Virus record (IMG/VR): IMGVR_UViG_3300025874_000002
DNA from: a virus
Length of the DNA: 33,702 nt
Strand: one strand, 5' to 3'
In this document: in pieces, positions 7,617 through 14,303 of the stretch
How positions within the stretch are numbered: position 1 is the stretch's first letter
Layout: each line of letters opens with the position of its first letter
Position numbers and translations under genes: made by a program
Notes under the pieces: model-generated
Database searches by the model: none
Told to the model about the DNA's origin: nothing
What the model saw: only the letters and a program-made list of their open reading frames with translations

Positions 7617-8028
7617 TGGTTGGTAATGGCTCTGCCACTAGCTTAATCACCGTGGGCTTAAACGAGTCATCAGACGATGTGTGATCAATCTGCTGCTTGT
7701 CTCCATACTTCCTGGGCGACATCCTGGCAACCTTCCACTTCCTTCCGTCAATGCGCAGCTTAGCTATGTTGATGGCGTTAGAGTCCACCCCCTCACCCAG
7801 CTCATCTGCTATGTCGATGATCTCATCAGCGTAGTAATCAGCCTGGCAGTCACGGGCTCTCGCGTACTGCTCCGAAAATGCGACTTTATCAGGCTCTGTC
7901 AACCATTTCATTAACGTAGACATAACAGGCATGCTGTCATCCCTGCATATCTGCCTGGCGCTCTCACCAAGGGATAGCCTGCGACATATGTCAGCGGCTA
8001 GCTCATCTGTAAATATTGAAGGTCTCAT
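7609..8028 (-). CDS. terS: Terminase small subunit
   Basis: N-terminal HTH-like ELAADICRRLSLGESARQICRD. KLRIDGRKWKVARMSPRKYGDK is typical of a phage TerS family. Positioned directly upstream of terL. Confidence 0.75.
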   Translation of the reverse strand: MRPSIFTDELAADICRRLSLGESARQICRDDSMPVMSTLMKWLTEPDKVAFSEQYARARDCQADYYADEIIDIADELGEGVDSNAINIAKLRIDGRKWKVARMSPRKYGDKQQIDHTSSDDSFKPTVIKLVAEPLPTND

Positions 8029-8210
8029 TTTAGGTCACAAGTGCAGTTAACCTCAAAACACCGGCACGTTCTTTCCATGCGCTGGTGAGTCAGGTACAGC
8101 ACCTCAATCATCATTTGCTTATCCCGGTCCACTAGCGCCTCGGCGTAGTCTCGGACCAGGTCCATATCGGCCTCGTGAACGTCTTCATCTGTCGTCAGTT
8201 TAATCATCAT
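8025..8210 (-). CDS. Hypothetical protein, 61 aa
   Basis: ATGATG start. ATGA overlap with terS. Cys-rich C-terminus (CRCFEVNCTC). Confidence 0.6.
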   Translation of the reverse strand: MMIKLTTDEDVHEADMDLVRDYAEALVDRDKQMMIEVLYLTHQRMERTCRCFEVNCTCDLK

Positions 8211-8222
8211 CCGATTATACCC
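8211..8222 (-). promoter_or_regulatory. TATAATCGG -10 element (late-class motif, copy d) abutting the start codon
   Basis: Minus strand reads ggggTATAATcggATGATG. The -10 is 8219..8214. No TGn extension. The predicted start site falls on the second ATG. Confidence 0.35.
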
Positions 8223-8246
8223 CCAACAGAGAATTTACGCACTAGA

Positions 8247-8501
8247 CTAAACCTCAGTCCCAAACAGCTCTTCTGCCATAGTGGCAAACTCCCGGAAGCC
8301 CTCGTAAGGCTCCAGGGCTGATACCTCATCCACCAGGTTGGCTACGTCGTCTTGCCAGTCAATCAGCTCATCGCGGAACTGTGATCGTGGCACGTCAGTG
8401 CTCATCAGCGACTCAATTATCGAGTCAAAGCGAATGATCTGATCATTGAGCTCCCACTCAAAGCAATCCTCAAGACTTTTTGATAAGTTTAAATTTTCCA
8501 T
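8247..8501 (-). CDS. Strongly acidic small protein, 84 aa
   Basis: ATG start with an AAAGG RBS. By hand count, 22 Asp/Glu against 5 Lys/Arg. First ORF downstream of promoter P3. Confidence 0.7.
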   Translation of the reverse strand: MENLNLSKSLEDCFEWELNDQIIRFDSIIESLMSTDVPRSQFRDELIDWQDDVANLVDEVSALEPYEGFREFATMAEELFGTEV

Positions 8502-8673
8502 GCGACACCTTTATGTCAATAGAATAAAGGCATTGTCCATGTTTTTACTGCGAATGTAAACCTTTCGGATTACAGGTTAGACCAGGTCTTCCCTCGCTAT
8601 TGCCAGAAGACCTATAGTTACTACAATTACTCCGTACAGTACCACAATACACCTCTCAGTTGATTAGGTGCGC

Positions 8674-8702
8674 ATTGTATAGATACCCAGATATGATCGG
8701 AA
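8674..8702 (-). promoter_or_regulatory. Promoter P3 (TTCCGA-N17-TACAAT) with a CACCTAATCAA box
   Basis: Minus strand: TTCCGAtcatatctgggtatctaTACAATgcgCACCTAATCAAC. The downstream box is shared with P1 and P2. The -35 is weak. Confidence 0.45.
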
Positions 8703-8807
8703 ATGACAGTTTATTATTTAGCTTATACCATTAATGATATGCACAGTCTCGGTGTGCAATAATGACTAAAACTACCTAAATGAATGCTGCAATATACATT
8801 GTAATGC

Positions 8808-8848
8808 ATAAAAAACCCCCCAGCCAAGTACAAATCGGTCTGAGGGGG
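8808..8848 (-). terminator. Intrinsic terminator at the end of the early block
   Basis: Minus strand: CCCCCtCAGaCC-loop-GGCTGGGGGG followed by TTTTTTAT. This is a 10-bp stem with two bulges and a 6-T tail. Confidence 0.55.
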
Positions 8849-8901
8849 TGGGGGTAAGGCTCGCAACGACTTTTAACGAGCCTAGAAAATTGTGTCGGAT
8901 A

Positions 8902-9078
8902 CTACTCTTCTAAATCAAACTCAAAGTGTTCATGAAACCCATCCATTATGTATTGCTGTATGCATTGCTTTATTGTCTCAGCATTAGGCGTATCGGTATG
9001 TTTGTGCGCCCTGTTGTACCCAGCCTCTGCACCAACTTCCACTATTTGCTCGATCAATTGATATATTTTTACTTTCAT
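8902..9078 (-). CDS. Hypothetical 58-aa protein
   Basis: Hand-translated: MKVKIYQLIEQIVEVGAEAGYNRAHKHTDTPNAETIKQCIQQYIMDGFHEHFEFDLEE. Below the track cutoff. Last ORF before the early terminator. Confidence 0.55.
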   Translation of the reverse strand: MKVKIYQLIEQIVEVGAEAGYNRAHKHTDTPNAETIKQCIQQYIMDGFHEHFEFDLEE

Positions 9079-9156
9079 AGCATCACTCGACTTGGTAAAT
9101 AACAGTCCGTTTCAGCTCCTGGTGGACTAGGCCAGGTCAAAAGGTCAAGGGAGACC

Positions 9157-9366
9157 TCAGCTTAGGGGGTAAATCATTAACTCGTACCCTACAAAAGCGG
9201 CTAGCAAAAGGGTCGTGGCAATAAGGTGTATCTTATACACTACTACCGGCTCAGTGACCCACGCTCTAAAACTACTGGCTTTTGCCTCGATGTAAGACTG
9301 CCTGATGGCTTTATCCGCAAAGCGGTGCGCATCCCTTATCTTACTGCTCATCAATTGATCGCTCAT
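9157..9366 (-). CDS. Small membrane protein, 69 aa
   Basis: GGAGGG RBS. C-terminal hydrophobic span IHLIATTLLLAAFVGYELMIY. Confidence 0.65.
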   Translation of the reverse strand: MSDQLMSSKIRDAHRFADKAIRQSYIEAKASSFRAWVTEPVVVYKIHLIATTLLLAAFVGYELMIYPLS

Positions 9367-9496
9367 TTAATCCCTCCACTGCTACACGTTGTATTTCATC
9401 CAAAACTGAGACAAAGTATTGCTTGTCTTTTATTGGGTCCAAAGGTGGATCGAGTTGAGCACAAAGCTCGTAAATCTCACGCAAGTAGATATTCAT
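9341..9496 (-). CDS. Hypothetical 51-aa protein
   Basis: Hand-translated: MNIYLREIYELCAQLDPPLDPIKDKQYFVSVLDEIQRVAVEGLNERSIDEQ. TAATG coupling to the upstream gene. Overlaps the next gene by 26 nt. Confidence 0.45.
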   Translation of the reverse strand: MNIYLREIYELCAQLDPPLDPIKDKQYFVSVLDEIQRVAVEGLNERSIDEQ

Positions 9497-9951
9497 TAAT
9501 GGCTCCCCATAGCAATTCTATCAATATGGCAAAGGTCTGCAAATGAATCCATCACAAGCTCCTCCATGCTTGGCTCAAGATACGAGTATATCTGCTCGCG
9601 TATCTCCTCCAAGAAGTCAGGGCTATCCAGGATTCCCTCAAAGTCGTCCAAAGCCTCAGACAAATAGGCATCATTGTCCACATCTTTGGCGTTGCGTTCT
9701 GCAGCATCACGGAACATAGCAGCAGCCATCCTTGAGGTTGCGTCCTCGCTGTAAACGCACTCCAAAGCCAGCATGCGCTTATCGCTGACTGTGTGTGGAA
9801 ATACGTCATCCATCCAGGTTGGGTGAGTTGCAAGCCATAATGCTATCATCCCGTCTTTAGCAATGTCAGGCAAACTTTGGTAGCTGCCCTCCCACAATGG
9901 GTTTTCATCACGAATTAAGCCCACCGCTTCATTTAGTATTTTGTAACTCAT
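9496..9951 (-). CDS. Acidic hypothetical protein, 151 aa
   Basis: The track start at 9957 is GTG. The ATG at 9951 (MSYKILNEAV...) sits in a TAATG overlap with the upstream ORF. Confidence 0.75.
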   Translation of the reverse strand: MSYKILNEAVGLIRDENPLWEGSYQSLPDIAKDGMIALWLATHPTWMDDVFPHTVSDKRMLALECVYSEDATSRMAAAMFRDAAERNAKDVDNDAYLSEALDDFEGILDSPDFLEEIREQIYSYLEPSMEELVMDSFADLCHIDRIAMGSH

Positions 9952-10118
9952 TAGCACACCCCCAGGTTTTTACAGTCAAAGTAAGACATATTTGATACCA
10001 GGGCAAAGATGATCAACACTATCAAAACCCCTACAAAGCCCTCACGGCTCTCCACTATATCCTGCTGCGCCTTGATGCGAGCATTGGACTCTTTTAAACA
10101 GCACTCATTGATTCTCAT
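9951..10118 (-). CDS. Small membrane protein, 55 aa
   Basis: Hand-translated: MRINECCLKESNARIKAQQDIVESREGFVGVLIVLIIFALVSNMSYFDCKNLGVC. GGGGAA RBS. One TM span. Confidence 0.55.
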   Translation of the reverse strand: MRINECCLKESNARIKAQQDIVESREGFVGVLIVLIIFALVSNMSYFDCKNLGVC

Positions 10119-10134
10119 ATTATTCCCCTTAGTT

Positions 10135-10150
10135 GCCCCCCGTAGGGGGC
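10135..10150 (-). other. GC hairpin with UACG tetraloop, no U tract, after the first gene of the P2 unit
   Basis: Minus strand: TAATGATCTAACC-GCCCCC-TACG-GGGGGC-aactaagggg. The TGATYTAACCGCCC context is shared with 17227-17250. Confidence 0.6.
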
Positions 10151-10160
10151 GGTTAGATCA

Positions 10161-10436
10161 TTAAGCCTCAAACGGTATAACTTCGACACCGTTACCTGGG
10201 GTGAAGACTTTCACAACATACCCAGATGCTCCTGCGGCGTAAGCCTCAGCAATGTTGTAGCCAAAATGGTGTGCAACTTGATTCATGCTCGACTTCCACT
10301 GCACTACACCCTTTGTAAGATTCCCTGCCTTTCTGATGACGTGCTTAGTGCCATTAGGCTCAACAGCTTCAAATCGGTACTTACCGTTTTTCAGTTGAGT
10401 CGCTACGATTCGGTCAAATTTAGCTGGTATGTTCAT
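10161..10436 (-). CDS. Hypothetical protein, 91 aa (first gene of the P2 unit)
   Basis: The 5' extension in the track covers promoter P2. The ATG at 10436 (MNIPAKFDR...) follows an AAAGG RBS in the conserved leader. Confidence 0.75.
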   Translation of the reverse strand: MNIPAKFDRIVATQLKNGKYRFEAVEPNGTKHVIRKAGNLTKGVVQWKSSMNQVAHHFGYNIAEAYAAGASGYVVKVFTPGNGVEVIPFEA

Positions 10437-10470
10437 TTGTTTATTACCTTTGTTTTTTGATTGAGGTGTA

Positions 10471-10499
10471 ATAATACCCCCCAACAAATAAACTGTCAA
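10471..10499 (-). promoter_or_regulatory. Promoter P2 (TTGACA-N17-TATTAT) with a CACCTCAATCAA box
   Basis: Minus strand: TTGACAgtttatttgttggggggTATTATtaCACCTCAATCAAAAAACAAAGG. Confidence 0.7.
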
Positions 10500-10522
10500 G
10501 CTTTTCGATTACAACACTTTGG

Positions 10523-10546
10523 AATAAAAGGGCCCTGGTTAGAGCC
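10523..10546 (-). terminator. Candidate intrinsic terminator after the nuclease gene
   Basis: Minus strand: GGCTCT-AACC-AGGGCC then CTTTTATT. A 6-bp stem including one G-U pair. Confidence 0.45.
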
Positions 10547-10547
10547 T

Positions 10548-10937
10548 TTAGTTATATGAGGTGGGCTGGTGGTCTTCATCCTGGAGCATCTTGGCGTGCT
10601 CTTCTCGGTAGTGCTTGGCTATCTCTGCCCTGAGCTTCTTGTTGGTTGGCATCAGCACCTGCCACTTCTCTCTAAGCATATCCAGGTGGCCCTGGCCTAG
10701 ATGCGACTCAAGCCATACACTGAAGTCGAGCGGGTTGGCCGTGAACACTTTATGGCAGTAGTGGCACAGGCATAGTGCGTTATCCATAGACCAGCGCACC
10801 GACTTAGCCGCCCTTCCCCAGATATGTGCGCACTCCATCCTGCCATCCTGCTTTCCGCAGTGCTCGCACTGGAAGCCAGCCTTTTGCCTGACCACATCAC
10901 TAAACCACTTGTCTGCAGCGTCGCGCTTAATCGGCAT
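10548..10937 (-). CDS. His-Me finger (HNH-like) zinc-binding nuclease. A NinG/Rap-like role is inferred.
   Basis: CEHCG...ECAHIWGR...DNALCLCHYCH is the Cys/His pattern of HNH-type nucleases. It lies in a recombination-gene neighbourhood. Confidence 0.55.
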   Translation of the reverse strand: MPIKRDAADKWFSDVVRQKAGFQCEHCGKQDGRMECAHIWGRAAKSVRWSMDNALCLCHYCHKVFTANPLDFSVWLESHLGQGHLDMLREKWQVLMPTNKKLRAEIAKHYREEHAKMLQDEDHQPTSYN

Positions 10938-11226
10938 CGTCGAATATCTCGCGGCTGATTAGCTTCGCCAGGTACCACTGAGCTTTCTGCAGGTCCTCGA
11001 CAGGGTTGTTCTTGTAGGTATACCGCCATAAATACTTCATGCAGTTGCCTTTCAGATATCCGCGAAATGCCTCTGGGGTCATAGACTCCTCAATGGCCTC
11101 AATACACTCGATGCCGCCGGTTCTGTAATGGCTTGGGCTGTTGACCGCATCATCTTCTGGCCAATCTTCGATAGCTGGTATAGATTCCTTTAATCGTCGC
11201 CAGTCTTCGTTTGTAGCGTGCTTCAT
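10927..11226 (-). CDS. DUF3310-family protein
   Basis: SPSHYRTGGIECIEAIE...GNCMKYLWRYTYKNNPVEDLQKAQWYLAKL matches the DUF3310 signature. GAGGAG RBS. Confidence 0.85.
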   Translation of the reverse strand: MKHATNEDWRRLKESIPAIEDWPEDDAVNSPSHYRTGGIECIEAIEESMTPEAFRGYLKGNCMKYLWRYTYKNNPVEDLQKAQWYLAKLISREIFDDAD

Positions 11227-11395
11227 TCTGTATTCTCCTCAATTTGGATTTTAATTTCATCAGGCGTATCAAGATCGCAGCGATGACATAAACCATAGCT
11301 ATCACCGTGATCATCAATCCAATACGACAGAGCGATTCCACATTCACAGTAAAGCCTTTTAATGTGGGTCTTCTTTTTATGCAGCGAAATAACAT
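11150..11395 (-). CDS. Possible small membrane protein, 81 aa
   Basis: ATG at 11395 in a TGATG overlap with the upstream stop. TM span GLMITVIAMVYVIAAILI. The 3' 77 nt overlap the DUF3310 gene, which lowers confidence. Confidence 0.4.
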   Translation of the reverse strand: MLFRCIKRRPTLKGFTVNVESLCRIGLMITVIAMVYVIAAILIRLMKLKSKLRRIQNEARYKRRLATIKGIYTSYRRLARR

Positions 11396-12573
11396 CACCC
11401 ATCCAAAGCCTCCACTGTAATCTTCACCCTGGAGTCTTCACCGTATTTTTTATGGTAGACAATAGCCGTCATGCTTCGCTCTGATCCATATCCCGAATCT
11501 GAGTGCCATTGGTCTGTAGAAGTAAGGGAACCGAACCAGGAGAACTGCATGCTGCCATACTCCCGGCTGACATGGTGGTGGATATGCCCCAGGAGACAGT
11601 ACCTATTCTTATGCGATGACCACTCGCTGTCCAGGTTCTTGATAACCGTCTGCAGTATCTGCTCTGGCTTTATCCGGTCCCCGTGGTGGTAGACCCACAT
11701 ATTATTGCCCCACTCAAAATGTAAAAACTTTGAGTAGTTTTCTAGCACATTTACCCTGGGCTCTTTCTGATACAGAATCTCCAAGCAGCTAGATAAATGA
11801 CAGGCCATATCGCTGTCATGGTTGCCCCGCACATTTACTACTATGACGTTTTTGTGGACCGTCAGCATCTTGTCGATCAACATCTGGAACAACCTACCAG
11901 CCAGCTTAAACGTCTTGCCGATTCGAGTATCTACATCTACCCTGGTCCCAGCGGTGGTCTCGTTTTTGCTTGAGTCGGCGTGGAAGAAGTCACCCACGTT
12001 TAACAGTATCGCGGTCTCACAGTCACCTACTCTGACTAACAGCCTATCAACAGCGTCAATAAGAACCTTGGTCGCTATCTTGATATCCCAGTCGTCGTTG
12101 TCCAGCTTGGTAGCGGCATCGGCGAGCATCCCGTAGTGGTGGTCACCTACGATATAGGTGGCAAGATAGTCGGCATTAACTTTCCTTGGCGCTTTGACCG
12201 GCTTCTTAAATCCAGCCAGGTCATCCCTCATGCCCTCCATCATCGCCTCAACCTTCTCTTGCAGGCTGCGCTTCAATGGCTCTTGGATTATCCACTGTAG
12301 GGCTATATCACCCTCGGAGTTGAAAGCAGTCGAAACTCGCTTCGCCTCAAAGCCCTCCATGGTCTCATTGTCTACATTGCGGTGCGGTGCCACTGCTTTA
12401 ATGGCAGCCCGGCCTTCAATAGCTCTTAACGTCCTATCTACAGTGCGCCGATCCAACCCCAGGGCTTTTGCTGCCTTGTTATTGCTTCCGTGATTTATAA
12501 CAGCTTGGCATATCTCGGCCTGGCGCTCAGTTGCTGCAAAGCTGATTAACTTACTAGCGCTTAGTTTGGACAT
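11395..12573 (-). CDS. N-terminal HTH fused to a calcineurin-like (Mre11/SbcD-type) metallophosphoesterase, 392 aa
   Basis: HTH: ERQAEICQAVINHGSNNKAAKALGLDRRTVDRTLRAI. Phosphoesterase motifs in order: IVGDHHYG, NVGDFFHAD, VRGNHD, LLGHIHHH. Confidence 0.8.
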   Translation of the reverse strand: MSKLSASKLISFAATERQAEICQAVINHGSNNKAAKALGLDRRTVDRTLRAIEGRAAIKAVAPHRNVDNETMEGFEAKRVSTAFNSEGDIALQWIIQEPLKRSLQEKVEAMMEGMRDDLAGFKKPVKAPRKVNADYLATYIVGDHHYGMLADAATKLDNDDWDIKIATKVLIDAVDRLLVRVGDCETAILLNVGDFFHADSSKNETTAGTRVDVDTRIGKTFKLAGRLFQMLIDKMLTVHKNVIVVNVRGNHDSDMACHLSSCLEILYQKEPRVNVLENYSKFLHFEWGNNMWVYHHGDRIKPEQILQTVIKNLDSEWSSHKNRYCLLGHIHHHVSREYGSMQFSWFGSLTSTDQWHSDSGYGSERSMTAIVYHKKYGEDSRVKITVEALDG

Positions 12574-12574
12574 T

Positions 12575-13021
12575 CTATTGTTCCTGCTTTCGCTTCAGTT
12601 CAGTGTACTCATTGTACTCTGGTAAAGATAAATAAACACCCTTCTCAATCGCCCAGGCATAGACCTGGTCCATGAAAAAACACATCTCCCCTTTCTTTAG
12701 GCTTGCGGTGCTTTGTATCTGGTCCTTTAGGGTAGTCTGCCCAACCTTAATTGTTTTGGTCACCAGAAACTTATGCTTCATCATCCACTTAACGCCATCT
12801 GGCGTAGCGTCAGGAATTTTCGCTATAAACTTGTCACTGAGCTCCCGGCACCACTTGTGAAATAATGCGTTCTGGTCCAGCGTCCTGGTATCCACCCACG
12901 GCTCCAGCTTGATTGATAAAGGGATGGAGTAATCCCAGTCCTGCAAGCGCTTGATGAGGTGCGGAACCTTCTTTTCCACTTCAGTTGCGTGCGATATCTT
13001 TACATGGTCTCCCTGGCTCAT
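12575..13021 (-). CDS. ninB: NinB/Orf-family recombination mediator
   Basis: RTLDQNALFHKWCRELSDKF and QSTASLKKGEMCFFMDQVYAWAIEKGVYLSLP align by eye with lambda Orf (RSLDQNRKLWACLGDVSRQV; GQSTSRMRVGEFAELLELIQAFGTERGVKWS). Confidence 0.75.
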   Translation of the reverse strand: MSQGDHVKISHATEVEKKVPHLIKRLQDWDYSIPLSIKLEPWVDTRTLDQNALFHKWCRELSDKFIAKIPDATPDGVKWMMKHKFLVTKTIKVGQTTLKDQIQSTASLKKGEMCFFMDQVYAWAIEKGVYLSLPEYNEYTELKRKQEQ

Positions 13022-13323
13022 AACTTCACCCTTAAAAACTTGTCCGACAGCTTCATCGTGCTAGTCTCCAGGCGATCATATAGGCTGGCTTTCGACTTAC
13101 CAATACCGCCAAATGCGTCGTCAACCTCCCTTACCTGCCTGTCGCCAACCTCAGCCCTGCCTACCATCCTGGAGTGCATGGTCTTATTCTTGATGCCGGT
13201 CAGTATTGATATCTCGCGCAGCGTGTATAGCTTGCCGGTCACCAGGTTGTCATGGGTTCCAATAAACTTGTACTTCCTTGGATGTTTGCCAGACGACCTG
13301 GGCTCTAATCGCTTATCAGGCAT
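13018..13323 (-). CDS. Putative HTH DNA-binding protein, 101 aa
   Basis: YTLREISILTGIKNKTMHSRM is helix-turn-helix-like. ATGA coupling on both sides. Confidence 0.55.
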   Translation of the reverse strand: MPDKRLEPRSSGKHPRKYKFIGTHDNLVTGKLYTLREISILTGIKNKTMHSRMVGRAEVGDRQVREVDDAFGGIGKSKASLYDRLETSTMKLSDKFLRVKL

Positions 13324-13687
13324 TCTTCAGCTCCCCATCAAAATAAAATCCAAACTTGTCGAGATAATACTGCTTCATCGACTTTTGCGCATCTGTATCC
13401 AGCCAACTGATGTCAGTCATCTGCATGTCGATAGACTTGGCCCTGATGCTTTCATTCTTGCCAGCCTTCTTGGCCATCGGAGAGCCGCCCTGATTCTGCG
13501 CCCTGGCTAGCCAAGAGTTAACAAAGCGCTTAATGCCCTGCTTTGTTTTGCGTTTGGTTGGATTCGCGTCGCACCAGGACTCCATTGCCATGAGCTCTTG
13601 GTGAACATTGACGGCAGGATACGATCTCTGCCAAGCGATAGTGTCAGCCTCATCTGGCTGCCAGTCTTCTTTAGTATTTAGTAGCAT
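13316..13687 (-). CDS. Hypothetical protein, 123 aa (resembles N-terminal regions of phage replication-organiser proteins)
   Basis: The W...NPTKRKTKQGIKRFVNSWLARAQN motif is recalled from phage replication-module proteins. No catalytic motif. Confidence 0.6.
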   Translation of the reverse strand: MLLNTKEDWQPDEADTIAWQRSYPAVNVHQELMAMESWCDANPTKRKTKQGIKRFVNSWLARAQNQGGSPMAKKAGKNESIRAKSIDMQMTDISWLDTDAQKSMKQYYLDKFGFYFDGELKNA

Positions 13688-13696
13688 GGTTCCCCC

Positions 13697-14188
13697 TCAT
13701 CCGTGGTTAGCAAATTTGCCGTGAAGCTTTTCCCGCAAATCCTTGATGGCCTGCTCCGCATCACTGATATCATTGTGCAGCCCACAATAATAATGTTTTG
13801 AATCACAGCGCATCTTAGCTATCCACTTACCCGCAGCCTTATGCCAGCATACGCCCTTCACGCCACTTGTGCTGTTTTTATTGATCGACCTGTTGTGCTG
13901 GTTTTGCCGCGCAGACACAGCGCGTAAATTTTCAATCCGGTTATCACGGCGTTCGTTGTTGATGTGGTCCAGGTACTTAGGCATGTACCCGTGGTGATAC
14001 AAAAAAATTAGCCTGTGTTGGTAATAGCAAGCTCCTTTTACTTGGCAAACTTTGTATGAACCTTTGCCGCCGCCTATTAACTTGCCAGACTTTCGGCCAT
14101 TCCCTTCGCGCCAGTACAAGTTACCATCACGGTACTCAAATTTGTCCTTAATTTCCTCTAATAACTGCTTTTCGCTTAACTCTTTCAT
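13697..14188 (-). CDS. Free-standing HNH homing endonuclease with an AP2-type DNA-binding domain, 163 aa
   Basis: YQHRLIFLYHHGYMPKYLDHINNERRDNRIENLRAVSARQN is the HNH_3 pattern. SGVKGVCWHKAAGKWIAKMRCDSKHYYCGLHNDISDAEQA is the AP2 pattern. The ATG at 14188 (MKELSEKQ) is preferred over the longer track ORF. Confidence 0.85.
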   Translation of the reverse strand: MKELSEKQLLEEIKDKFEYRDGNLYWREGNGRKSGKLIGGGKGSYKVCQVKGACYYQHRLIFLYHHGYMPKYLDHINNERRDNRIENLRAVSARQNQHNRSINKNSTSGVKGVCWHKAAGKWIAKMRCDSKHYYCGLHNDISDAEQAIKDLREKLHGKFANHG

Positions 14189-14303
14189 CGCACTTCCCCG
14201 TTGGTTTAGAAACCTTAGTATCTTTGTTTCCGAAAATATTGTCAAAGTTTTTATCAAACTCAACTTTATTGGTCGGTCGCTGTTTACTTCCTTTACCGCT
14301 CAT
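14148..14303 (-). CDS. Conserved-looking 51-aa ORF overlapping the HNH start
   Basis: Hand-translated: MSGKGSKQRPTNKVEFDKNFDNIFGNKDTKVSKPTGKCDERVKRKAVIRGN. The GSKxRP...FDxNxDxIFG pattern is recalled from many small phage ORFs. GGGAGTGAGAG RBS. Confidence 0.55.
   Translation of the reverse strand: MSGKGSKQRPTNKVEFDKNFDNIFGNKDTKVSKPTGKCDERVKRKAVIRGN

Larger units (their letters stand above)
8502..8901. other. 400-bp ORF-free AT-rich switch region between the early and late blocks
   Basis: No ORF of useful length in any frame. Contains the terminator at 8808-8848, promoter P3, and inverted repeats at 8740-8758, 8650-8670 and 8585-8612. Confidence 0.6.
13697..14303 (-). mobile_element. Candidate homing-endonuclease cassette (small ORF plus HNH-AP2)
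   Basis: The endonuclease class is typically mobile. It sits beside a 400-bp ORF-free region. No flanking repeats are visible. Confidence 0.45.

Noticed and set aside
9079-9156. Tandem TTGACC-tt-TTGACC on the minus strand as an additional promoter or iteron
   Set aside because: There is no -10-like hexamer at 16-18 nt spacing. There are only two copies, so there is too little to support a call.
10697-11029. 110-aa minus-strand ORF overlapping both the nuclease and DUF3310 genes
   Set aside because: It is out of frame with two genes that have clear family motifs. It is Arg/Ser/Gly-rich with no RBS.
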